The position numbers and the translations under genes are program-made. Shown here one piece after another: positions 25,384 to 37,000 of a DNA stretch of 64,000 bases. The stretch comes from Cyanophora paradoxa CCMP329. Its lineage: Eukaryota > Plantae > Glaucophyta. Positions within the stretch are counted from its first letter, which is position 1. Each line of letters starts with the position of its first letter. A model generated the notes under the pieces. It worked only from the letters and a program-made list of their open reading frames with translations, made no database searches and was not told where the DNA came from. The stretch covers positions 1 to 64,000 of the forward strand of contig QPMI01000005.1 in the NCBI GenBank assembly GCA_004431415.1. Direction: 5' to 3'.

Positions 25384-26497
25384 CTACCTTCTTAGGGGGC
25401 TAAACACAACGGTCACAACCGCAGATCCTGTGGAGCCACCAAACGAGAAGACTGGATAATCGACCTGCCCCACAGCCTGGAACTCGGACGAGAAGCTCGT
25501 GATCAGCTGAGCATGCAATCACAAGGATGAGATGGGACAGAGCAGAACAAGGCCAAGGAAAGACGTCAAACCTCATCTTTAGTGAAATTGCAGGACGTGA
25601 TGATGAGACGGCCATCTGGCTTTACGAATGAGCGGACAGCCTGAACGTATGTGGAGCGAGGATCCGGAAGGTCGGGGTTCAGCGCGATGGCATCGAGGGT
25701 CCCCTTGTCGAAGACAATCTAAACAGCAGACAAAACGGAGTGAGCCAGGAAGAGTGCAATGCAGGGTACTGGCAGGCAAACATCAAACTGTTCAGTGATC
25801 TTGCTGTGAAGGATATCATCCACTTCAAATCGTGCTTGAACTCCTTCTGACTCTGCAAGTTCGCAAGCGAGAACAACAGCCTCTTCAACGTAGTCTGTGC
25901 CCATGACATTCGAGAAGCCTGCTTTGGCCTGCAAAGCGGAAACAACACGAAACATAACTCAACGAGTAAGTACTGCTCTATCTGAAGCAGAAAATCACTG
26001 ACCAACTCGACAGAGCTGTGGCCATTTCCACATCCTGCGTGAATCGTAAGGGTGACAAGCCTCATCTACAGTGCCTGGCGACTTGCCTATGTCAAGGACA
26101 GCGCTGTCCCTCGAAAAACCACTGTTCTTCTTCATCCAAGACATGAGCCTCCCCATGCACTCCTCAAACCAGATCTCGCTGCGATCAAATGTCATTGAAG
26201 AAACAAGCGATGTAGCTAGAGCGGCTAACGCTCAATACGCTCCCGCACACCCAGGGTCGCCCGTCTCGCGGAAGTTTGTGAGCTCTCGCGTGTATGCAGA
26301 CTCCCAGCTGCGCGTGTGCGTCGACGTCAGAGCGATCGAAGAGCGCTAAGCGCGGCCGCGACCGCTGCTGCATGATTGCTTAGCTATCGCGCAAACCGCG
26401 CGCATTTCACGCACTGCTCTTTGGTGCCCAGGCGTGAGCGAGCGAATCCAACGTCACCTCCGGCGCCCTCCGCGCTGCCCGCGTGCCCGCTCGCCAT
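25384..26497 (-). CDS. EFM4: eEF1A lysine methyltransferase EFM4/METTL10
   Basis: SRLGTKE..WESAYTRELTNFRETGDPG|EIWF; VLDI|GCGNG; DKGTLDAI; IITSCNFTKDE; YPVFSFGG. Confidence 0.92.
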
Positions 26498-26609
26498 ACG
26501 TGCGCGCTACTTTAGCTTCTTCAACCGCCGACGGATGTGCTTGAGCGGGCCGAGGCGGCTAACGCCGAAGTCGCTGACGGGGGGATACCGGCGAAGGGAC
26601 CGCCAAGCG

Positions 26610-27136
26610 ATGGTGCGCGGGCCTTCGAACGCCGGCGGGCGCCTCCTAGCGCTTGCGAGCATTGCACCTCGAGCGCGCGGCTGATGAGGCGCGCAGGCGA
26701 CGGCCTTCTTGATGGGCGTAGCTGTCGCCGGCACGGCGTATGGGGCGCGCTTCGTCCTCCGCGCCATGCAGAACTACAAGGGCGGTGCAGGCGCTGCCGG
26801 CGCTGCCGGCGCCGGCGCCTTCAAGGAGACCGCAAGCTCCTTCTCGAGCGCCTTCCGGAACTATCCCGGCACCGCCGGCAAGTTTCCGGGAGGCTTCAAG
26901 TCCAAGATGGACCGCGAGGAGGCCATGATGATCCTCGGCGTCTCGTGCGTCCTTGCACCGCTTCGCCGCGACATATGTATGCTCGCTCACTCTTGTGAAG
27001 GCCCAGCGCAACCGCCCAGGAGATCAAAGACGCGCACAGGAAAGCTATGCTAGCAAACCATCCCGATTTGGGGGGCTCGCCCTTCATCGCTTCGAAGGTT
27101 AACGAGGCGAAAACAGTGCTTCTCGGCCGTGTTTGA
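26610..27136 (+). CDS. PAM18: mitochondrial import motor J-protein PAM18/TIM14
   Basis: GGFKSKMDREEAMMILGV; IKDAHRKAMLANHPDLGGSPFIASKVNEAK. Confidence 0.95.
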
Positions 27137-28453
27137 TGCGCTGGACTCCTCGCCCCTTTCCGACTCCTTCGAATTTCGGCCAAACGACTGAGCTGCAGGC
27201 ATTCTTTTTCCAGCGTCCGCCCGCTTTCTCGCCCAGAGGTTGACTCGGTGAACGGCCTCCATCATGATACTTTTCGGATGCTCTTCTGATCCGTGGCCAC
27301 AAAGCTGAGCGAATGCGGCTCATCGAGCTTTCGCCCTCGTCGAAAAGCAGTTTGAATTTCGCTTCTTCAACTAGTCTCGTCATCTGCGTCCCGGTTTTCA
27401 TGCCCTGGATGTATGTCCACAAGACAAATTGCAAGGAATTCGCCTGTCACAGTGTGCAAGGGGCTGTACCTTGCAAGCTTCTTAAAACTCTAGCATTTGG
27501 ACACGTACTAAAGACGCAAGTCCGGGCTACAAGTGTGGGATGTACACTGCGGCTGCCTTGCCGAGGTCCCGCCCCACGGCCGCGCCGCGGGCCACCAGCA
27601 AGCTGGCCAGCCAGGCCCTGCGGGGCCCCTAAGGACGCCTCCCTGTGGACTATTTACCTAGCCAGTTACAGGTGTCCGACGTCGACGGTACGCACAGCGG
27701 GTGCTGCAGGCAGGCTGCATCGCATCTTGTGGCGGCGGGGGTCGTCTTCAAGGCCTCCGAGGCCTCAGGGCCTATAGCGCTAGCTAGGCGTCCGCATCCT
27801 AGGCATTAATATTCAATGATTGGTTTATTGATCTGGCTAGTAGCCCAGCAACTTGGCAAACCCTAATATTAATTCATTGATGTTCTAGGCCCCATATGAT
27901 TACACTGTGACAGGTTCGGATTCAACACCAAGTCTGAATAAAAAAGCACAGAGCGACTCGGCGAGAAACTTGACTCAGTAGTAAGCTTTGAAATGCATAT
28001 GCACATGCATCAATTGAATCTATATATATGTGCGTATATGCATATGATATCGATATGACATGATCATGACAACTACGTGCACGTGACGTGTACCTTTATA
28101 TGAACGGAACAGGGACACTGCTGTCGCAGTGGCCCTGTTGGAGGGGAAGGACCTCTAAGTTCTGGGCAGGAAAGGGCAGGTTTAGGTTACAATTACGAAG
28201 TAGAGTCTGGATCACTAGCAGACCGCGCCCGGCCCTGTGCAAGTGCGGCAAGTCCGGGCCGCGGGTGCAAGGGGGGGTACTTGTACACATTGCAGGGTAC
28301 TGGGGCGGGGGGGGGGGGGGGGGAGCGGGGCCAGAGAGGCGAGGCGGGCGGCCGGGCGAGGCGGTCGGCCGGGCGAGGCGGGCGGCCGGGCGAGGCGGGC
28401 GGGGTGGCGAGGCGGGCGGGTGCACGTGGGGTGGCGAGGCGGGCGGCGGCGGC

Positions 28454-29010
28454 GGCGGGCGGGAAAGCGGGAGGAGAGACAGGTGGCGCCGGCGCCGGGC
28501 CCTGCGCATAGCCTGCACATACGCAGAGCCGAGGCGTCAGCTCGCCCCGGACAGAGGCCGGCCAGCGGTGGCGGCCGGGCCAGGTGCGCAGCAGCAGCGG
28601 CGGGGCGAACCTGGAGTCGGCGAAGCTGAAGCATCCGGCGGGCGGCGGGCGGGAAAGCGGGAGGAGAGGTAGGTGGCGCCGGTACCTGCTGATAGCCTGC
28701 GCATGCGCAGAGCCGAGGCGTCAGCTCGCCCCGGACAGCGGCCGTGCGGGGGCGGGGCCCAGCGGGGACGGCCGGGTCACTGAGTCAGGTGCGCAGCAGC
28801 AGCGGCGGGGCGAGCCTGGAGTCGGCGAAGCTGAAGCATCCGGCGGAGCGGCGAAGCTGAAGTAGCCAGCGGGGCCGCGGGCGAGGAAGCGGGCGGGGCG
28901 GCAGGTGGCGCCGGGCCCTGCGCATAGCCTGCGCAAGGCCGAGGCGTCAGCTCGCGCCAGACAGCGGCGGCGCGGGGGCGGGGCCCAGCGGCAGCGGCCG
29001 GGTGAGATGC
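28454..29010. repeat. three degenerate tandem copies of a ~190-220 bp GC-rich unit
   Basis: Recurring blocks aggtggcgccgg..catagcctgc..gccgaggcgtcagctcgc; caggtgcgcagcagcagcggcggggcga..ctggagtcggcgaagctgaagcatccggc occurs in the first two copies. Confidence 0.8.
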
Positions 29011-30790
29011 GTAGCATGCGCAGCGAAGCTGATGCGGGCGGGGAAGTCGATCGAAGCGGGTGGAGCGGGAGGGCCGAGGCGTCAGCGCGCCCTGCCGGAG
29101 AGCGGCGGTGTGGGGTCGAAGCCCAGCCCGGCGCGGCGTACTAGGAGCAGTTGCGAATACTGTAACGCCGCCACCATCTCGGGTCGCTGGCCGCGCGCGG
29201 GTCAAGACACGCGGGTCAAGACACGCGTGCGTGCACGTGCACTGCGGCCTGCACTCGATCGCGAGGCGCTTGAAGGGCTTGAAGGGTTCTAGATGTGCTT
29301 GAACCGAAGCCCGTCAGAAACCGAGCTCGAGAGCGTAGGCGAAACGCCGCGAGCGCGCACCGGAACGCGGCGTCGCGGGCGCGCGAATTGCTTCCGGTTG
29401 CAAGGCAGCTCAGCCCCGCGACCTCATCCACCACGACGCGCCATGCTCGTGTACCCAGCAATCGCCACAAACTCTCAGGAGCACTTTTTTCGGGCGCCCG
29501 GTACAACAGGTACTTGAGGCGGCCTAGCGCGCCACCCTGTGCCCCTTCGGTCTCGGCATGTATGACATGAATCGTCGGGCTCATCAGGCGCATTCAGGCG
29601 CACTTGGTCCGGCAGATATATCGCCACTTGGTGAGGCGCTAGATCACATTTTCGTAAAATGTGTTATTGCCCATTCCTGGCCCACCGGACGGGGCCCGGA
29701 TGTCCCGGAACATATTTCCGGGCTTCTAGGGGCATGCCTTGCGAGGATCCGGCGAGAAAACCAGGCTTTTTGGAGGTCGGGACATTTCGTTTTGGCCTAG
29801 GGTGGGCACCCGAACTTCGGAACAAGCGAGTCCCTGCGGAGCAGGAGTGGCCTTGGGTCTTGGGGCTTCAAGGCGTGAGGGTGGCAGCTCTTTGTTTTTA
29901 AACAGGGGCCGGCGCCCGCAACCGCGCGCGGTTACGGGGGAGGGGGGAGGAGAAACAGAGGGTCCACTAGGCAAGGGTACACACTCAAGTGAGAGGGTAC
30001 AGAATTGTGCCGCAAGGGTACAGATATCGATGCGGGGCCCAATCGGCCGCAATTGTACCGAGTACAGGCCCCGAGGGGCCCATTGGTCGTCTCAGCTGAA
30101 TGAAAACGACTTTCGGCGCTTCTTGCCAAATTGGAGGTGGTTAATAATTATCTATGAATCATTTGAATGTAATTCGCAGTAATAAGGCTCTGTCTAAATT
30201 GTTTATTTTGATAATCTTTCAACTAACGCATCAAATACTTTTAAATCCCACATCGTGGCACACTGCGACCCTGTCTCATACAAATTTGCTGGCCGGCAAC
30301 GTGGCGCTCCGTTAATTTGGAAACTATTTCCTAGCGAATGGGGTGCGGTCTCTTGAAATTAATAATTTTCAAATTTCGACTTGGAAGGCCAATGTGATTT
30401 GCGCTTTCTATTTTTTTCCGGGAAAATGCTTTTCTGTGCTTTTCGACGTGCTGTTACTGCCCATTAGAGGCCTCTCATAGGAAAACGGGCCGCACCAACG
30501 TGCTCCCCAGGGTCAAAAATGGGGTAGTAGGTGTCTTCAAATATACGAATTTCGCTTTCTAAAATTTGTGACAAGATACCAACAGACCTAAGGGCCTCTC
30601 CTTTCCCCAAGGCCGACACCCCCAAGTGGGGGAAGGGGAAGGGGGTCCTTCCCCAATAATTAGCTGGTCCGTTGAGGCTCCGAGGCTCGCGATCGATTTC
30701 AACTTGGCAAGTAAATTTAAAGAGGATATACTCTTGAGGTTCGCTCGTCCTCACGGGTACACGTTCAGGCGAGACGGCTGCGGCGACGCC

Positions 30791-32873
30791 ATGATCGGGT
30801 CGGCTCTACGGAGCGCCGCGCGCGCTGCGCCGCGGCTTCAGCGGTCTCTCTTGTTGAGGCGGAGCCTCGCCTCAGCCGCCGCGGGCTCGACCGGCTTCTG
30901 CGGGGCGGTCTTGTCGCAAACAGCCCGCGCGTACAGCAGCGCCATTGCCGCTTCTCCGCGGCGTCAAGCTGCTTCGAGCTCCTCGCAGGGTTCGTACGCG
31001 CCGGCCCGCCCTCGCATGCGTCGTTCCACGACGCCAACGCATGAATCCCCCGCAGATGCCGTCGCTGGCTTCAACGTTAGCGGAGAAGCGCGTGCTGGAC
31101 GTCCTATGTACCTGGATATGCAGGCGACGACCCCGCTCGACCCCCGCGTGCTGGATGCCATGCTGCCGTTCCTCACAGAGCAGTTCGGCAACCCACATTC
31201 GCGTACGCATTCGTACGGCTGGGAATCTGAAGAGGCCGTCAAAACAGCCCGCGAGGTCTGCTGCCTTCGTCGAAGCGCCAAGCACCCGTCTTTTCGCTTA
31301 GCGAGCGCAGGACGTTGCAGCGCTGCTCAAGGCCGATGCGAAAGAGATTATATTCACTTCAGGTGCGACAGAGTCCAACAATATGGCCATCAAGGGCGTC
31401 GCGCACTTCTTCCGTGGCGAGAACAAGAAGCACATCATCACCACTCAGACTGTGAGCAACGTGATGAATATGCAATTAGCATGCACGTGCGAGCGAATGT
31501 GCGGCGCAGGAGCACAAATGCGTGCTGGACTCGTGTCGCGTTCTGCAACAGGAGGGGTTCGATGTCACATACTTGCCCGTGAAGAGCAATGGTTTGCAGT
31601 GACATACTTCATCAGCTTTGCTGCTGCTGTTGATGCTTCCCCCAGGTCTTATTGATATGAATGAGCTTGTGGCTGCCATACGGCCAGATACTATTCTCGT
31701 GTCGGTAATGATGGTGAACAACGAGATCGGCGTCGTTCAACCTGTTGCAGAGATTGGGCGGATCTGCAGGCAAGCCGTTGGGGATGTTCGTCTCGTGTTC
31801 TTCTGTTTTATTGAGTTTTGTGTTCTGCAGAGAGCGCAAGATATTCTTCCACACGGATGCTGCCCAAGCTGCTGGCAAGGTACGCGACAATCTCAAAAAA
31901 AGACAAATCAGATCTGAAGTGTCGCAGATCCCGATCGATGTCGATGCCATGAACATCGACCTCATGTCAATAAGCGGACACAAGTTGTACGGCCCGAAAG
32001 GTGTTGGGGCGCTGTATGTTCGGCGCCGGCCACGTGTCCGTCTTGAACCTCTCATCAATGGTGGTGGCCAAGAGCGAGGCCTGCGTTCTGGCACCCTTCC
32101 AACTTCCCTCGCCGTGGGTCTGGGGGCTGCAGCACGGGTCGCTTTGTGCGCTTTATTCGTGCTTGATTGGTTTTATTGTCACGTTCGTGGCCTCTGATGC
32201 AAAACAGGGCCGACATGGATCGGGACCACAAGCGCGTGACCGAGCTTTCTCGCCGGCTTTATGATGGAATTGTGAGCAAGGTCCCTCATGTGGTATGCAC
32301 TCTGCTACGCGGCACTTTGCACTTTTCCTGTTTACATGTTGCTTGCTGGCAGATTCTCAATGGCGATGCTGAAGCCCGCTACCCCGGAAACTTGAATCTC
32401 TCCTTCGCTTACGTGGAGGGAGAATCACTCCTTATGTCCCTGAAGGATGTGCGTGGCCTTCGTGGCCCCTCTTATCCTGTCTGATGCCTCTCCAGATTGC
32501 TGTTTCCTCTGGGTCAGCATGTACCTCGGCATCGCTTGAACCCAGCTACGTTCTGCGTGCCCTCGGTGTTGAGGAGGATATGGCACACACGAGGTTTGTC
32601 TTCTTGTGCAGACGTCTGCGAGGGCATGCCGTGTGATCCATCCCACAGCATTCGTTTTGGCATTGGGCGGTTCACAACGGAGGCAGAGGTGGATCAGGCT
32701 ATTGCAGTGAGCCATCTTTTCTAAACTTGCATTATCATTCTTTTGCTCTATCTCACACAAACCTACGCCAGCTCTGTGTCAAGCACGTAGGCCGGTTGCG
32801 TGATATGAGCCCGCTCTGGGAAATGGTCCAGGAGGGTATCGACCTGAAGACAATCCAGTGGGCACACGACTAG
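30791..32873 (+). CDS. NFS1: mitochondrial cysteine desulfurase
   Basis: Arg/Ser-rich presequence; [14 protein letters not shown]; [13 protein letters not shown]; [10 protein letters not shown]; FHTDAAQA; [12 protein letters not shown]; [17 protein letters not shown]; IQWAHD*. Confidence 0.97.
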
Positions 32874-32945
32874 GGCCGATGTAGAGCTGTACCACCCCTT
32901 AATGTATCATACGCAACTCTAACAAAGTTTCTGTATTGTATCACA

Positions 32946-33441
32946 TTATTTCGCTCCGAGCCACACACGCTGTCTCAGTTTCTTTGTTGCACTGATGCTT
33001 TGCTGCGATTGCCAGAAGAACCGGGTCCCGCCTCCGCGACACACCTTGCAACTGGTGACTCCCTGAGAAAGGCAAAAAGGGCATGGCTGAGTCTGCATGC
33101 GGGTCAGGGCAGGACTCTGATCATCAGAAAGGAATCAATCCTCACCTTGCGTTTTCCCAGAATGCCCCGGCCTCCACAAGCCTGCGCAGATTGCAAGGAG
33201 TTATTTAGAGCAGAACGCATCTTTACGTAAGATCTGACAGGCGGTCACCACGCATACTGTCCGGCCACGGCCCAAGCATTCTCCGCATCTTCGAAGGCAC
33301 GCGGACTTTCCCAGCTCGAGCGCCATGCCCACGGCCATAAGCTTAGCGAGCTGAGCCCTCGAAATAAGCTCCAAAACAAGGCACAGCGGGTGGGAGCCCA
33401 ACCTGTGCGTAGGGATTCGGCTCGCCGGGTCCTGCCATCAT
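32946..33441 (-). CDS. small DnaJ-type zinc-finger (CxxCxGxG x4) protein without J domain; 5' end uncertain
   Basis: Spliced CGECLGRGRTVCV|ACGGRGILGKRK|TQPCPFCLSQGVTSCKVCRGGG. Confidence 0.72.
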
Positions 33442-34091
33442 GCGCCGATCCGCTGCAGTGCGCGCGGGTCGCAATGCTGCCGAAGTCCGTTGCTTGAAAC
33501 GGCGCGTACGTCTCAACACCTCGTTCCCCCAGACGCGCGAGGCGCGTTGTTGTGCGGGCGCAGCGTGCCGCCGTGCTTCCGCAGCGGCGCTCGGGGGACC
33601 GCGCGCTCGTGCTGCTCGCTGGCGCTGCTGGACAGCGCGGAATTCAGAAAGATTGTCAGGCTCCGCGCAGCGTCGAAACGGGGAAACGTGAAGGAGCGGA
33701 CTCTCGCTGACTATCGGCTGCCGGATCCGGCCCCGGCCGGCTGTAGCGCTAGCGCCGGGCGCTAGCTAATCGATGACAGCTGCCCGCCGCGCTCGATCGA
33801 GCTGCGACTATGTCAGCGCGCGCGAACGAGGTGCTCTTCAAGCTTGGATATTGGTGTCCCCCGCTCGGAGCCCGGTTACCCGAATTCTGAGGGCCCCCTT
33901 GACTAAGTCCTCTATAGCTACGCGCGATGCCCTCAGCCGCCGCTCTCGCTCGGGCACGGGAAGCTACGATACGAATCACGAAAAACTTAGAATCAGAGGG
34001 ACCGAACTGCAAGGGGATTGTCGAGCCAGGAGCGGGGGTACTGAGGGCGGGGGGGTAGAAGGAGAGGAGGTGGGATGGCAGGGCGATGGGA

Positions 34092-37000
34092 TCAGTGGAA
34101 GCCGGACGGGCCCTGGAAGCCGCCCATCTGGTCCATGCCGGGCGCCATGAAGCCTCCTGCCTGCATGCCAGCCATCGACATCATCCTGCGAACGCCCTCG
34201 CCGTCAGGACAAGGATGGGAGCGGGGCCGGGGGACCTTGCACGGCTCACCCGGCTGGCGGCATCATTCCGGGCGCCATCCCGCCTGCCATAGACATCATG
34301 CCTGCGGGCGGCATCCCGGCGCCCGGCATCATGCCTGCGGAAGCAAGCGGTGAGCCGCGAGAGCAACACAGCAAGAGGTCCGGCGAGCAGGACCCACCCG
34401 GCATCGTCGACATGTACACGGCGTCCATGACGGGGGCAGACATGGCCGCTGCGGCTGCACGGGCGTCGGATCAGAGGCGCGCGGCGCGGGGGGTACGGCC
34501 TGCGGGGGACGCAGGGGGGTACGTACACATCGACATGTACGCGGCGCCCGGGACGGTGGCGTGCAGGGCGGTGATGGGGTCCACCATCACGGGGCCGCCG
34601 CCGACATCCGCGGGGCCGGCCTCCGCGACCGCCGCGATCGCCTTTTCTGCCTCCTTTGCCTTCGCCTCAAGCGTGTCGACCTTGCCGGTGTACTCGGCGA
34701 CGACCTGGATCATGTAGGGCATGGCGAAGTCCATGATGTTGTGGCGCCAGGCGAGCTCCAGAACCACGTCGGGCTTGATGAGGTCGTACGCGACGAAGAG
34801 GCACGCGGCGAAGCACTCGAACAGCTTCTCGTCCACGAAGAAGCGGAGCAGGTCCTCGACGACGTCCCGCTGGCCCGAGGCCGCCGCGGTCTCCATGGCG
34901 TCCTTGTACAGCTTGTCGGCCTTGGAGAGCTCGAGGGACTGGCGCCAGCGCGCGGCGCGCTTGTAGAGGTACGCCGCGATGCGGCGGAACTCGAGCAGCG
35001 CGTGCTTCTCGCACTTTTGGGCCAGCGCATTGTTATCGAAGTTGTCGAAGCGGTCGATCGAGTCGCGGAGCGAGTCGAAGTCCTCCTCGTCTACGTAGAG
35101 CTCGTTGAGCGCCTCGTTCACGGACGGGATGTTGACCTCCTGCACGGAGACGAGGTACGGCTTGATGAGGAAGAGGTGGCCCGCCTTGCGCAGCTGCGAG
35201 ACGACGCGGCTGTGGTCCACGCGCCCCTTGATCGCCTGCAGCAGGTCGTTCAGCATCATCGGCTGCTCCGCGAGGTAGAACGCCACGGCCTGCGAAAAAC
35301 GGTGAGCTGCGCAAAAAGCGCGAAAGAAAGCGTGCGAAATCCGCTAGGAGGCGTACCCGGTAGAAGATCTCCTGGTTGGCCACCTTGACGATCACCTCCT
35401 TGAAGATGGCGTGGTCCCACGCGTCCGGGGAGTGCGTGATCATCGTCTGCGCGGCGCCGCGCGGGGTGAGATGATACAGGCGTCCTGAAGGCTCGGCGCA
35501 GCGCGGTGCGCGAGGGCGGACGGACCTGCGCCGCGTTGTCGAACTCCTCGCTCTCCACGTACAGGAACCGCATCTCGGCCCAGAGCTGGCACTGGTCGCA
35601 CACGCGCAGCAGCGCGGGGATGTTGATGCGGTTCGAGAAGAGCTTGATGTGCTCCATGAGCTTCGCCGGCCGGTACTTGGCGTAAAGGGCGCCGAGGCTC
35701 GTGAAGATGCCGCGGTGCGCCCGCTCGAGGCCCGTGCCGCTCTCGAGGAGCCCGATGACCTCCTCGACGTGGCCCCGGTCCTCGTAGAACTTCACGAGCT
35801 CTTCCAGCTCGTCGGCCTGGACGATGATGTGCAGGCCGCAGATCTGCGCCAGGCGGAACTCCTTCGCCTCCACGCACGCGAAGTTGACCTCCTTCCACGT
35901 CCTGCGAAGAACGAAGCGGCCGTCAGCCCAGCCCCGAGCGAGCAGCGAAGATCGAAGGGCGAAGCACCGGATGGAGTTGGCCTTGCGGGCCGACTCGACG
36001 GCCGCCTGGAACTGGCCGAGCTTGACGAGGCAGCTCGTGAGGCGGGAGAAGTTGGAGAGGTTGGTGAAGAGGATGCGCCCCGCCTCGTACATGCCCTCGT
36101 CGAAGCACCGGTCGCCCACGCTCTGGATCTGCGGGTGCGCGGGACATTGGGAGAGAACGCGCGGGCCCGTCCATCTAATCCACGACAGCGCGGCGCGGCA
36201 TTTCTTCTTCTTAAGAACTTCTTTATAAGAACTACTATACAATGTGTTATAGTGCGGTATAAATGTATCAAAAAGCGCACGGCGGCGACGTTGGGGGCCG
36301 AGACGAACTCCTCGAGCTCGGAGAGGCGGTTCGTCTTGGCGAAGGCGTAGATGAGCTCCGAGTCGATGGCCGACTCCTTGACCTTCGAGGAGAAACAGTA
36401 AGCAAACTCTACTAGATACTGCTGCTCCCCAACTAATCAAGAACGATACGAATATATATTCACCTTCTTGCGGGCCATCTGCAGGAACTTGACGAGGTCC
36501 TCGAAGACGCTCGACTGCTCCGCGGCGCGGATCACGTCGAGGAACTCGGCCGGGTCTTGCGCCTTGAGGAAAGATCCTGCGAGGCGGAGGGAGGGAAGAG
36601 GAGGAGGAGGAGGAGCCGCGCGTGAGCAGCTGGCGAGAGACAGGGCGAGCAGCGAGCGGACGGACCGATGGCCTCGGCGGCCATGCCGGCCTTGAGCTGG
36701 GAGCGGGCGAGGCGGCCCCAGACCTCGGGGTCGTTGATGCGCTCCGCAAAGTCGAGGGCGCGGGGCAGCGAGGCGGAGAACTCGAAGTTCTCAAGGAGGA
36801 CGTTGATGGCCGCCACGTTCTGGTTGAACTTCTTGTAGCTGCGCGCCGGCGCGTCAGACTTAAATGAGATAGACGCAGGATGCTTAAACGAAGATAGAGT
36901 TGAATGCGGACGGGGCGCCCGAGCAGGGTGGGGGGCCGCGAGGGGGCGAGGCGGGGCGGGGGCGGGGCGGGGCGGCGAGGGGCGGAGCAAGGGGCGGGGC

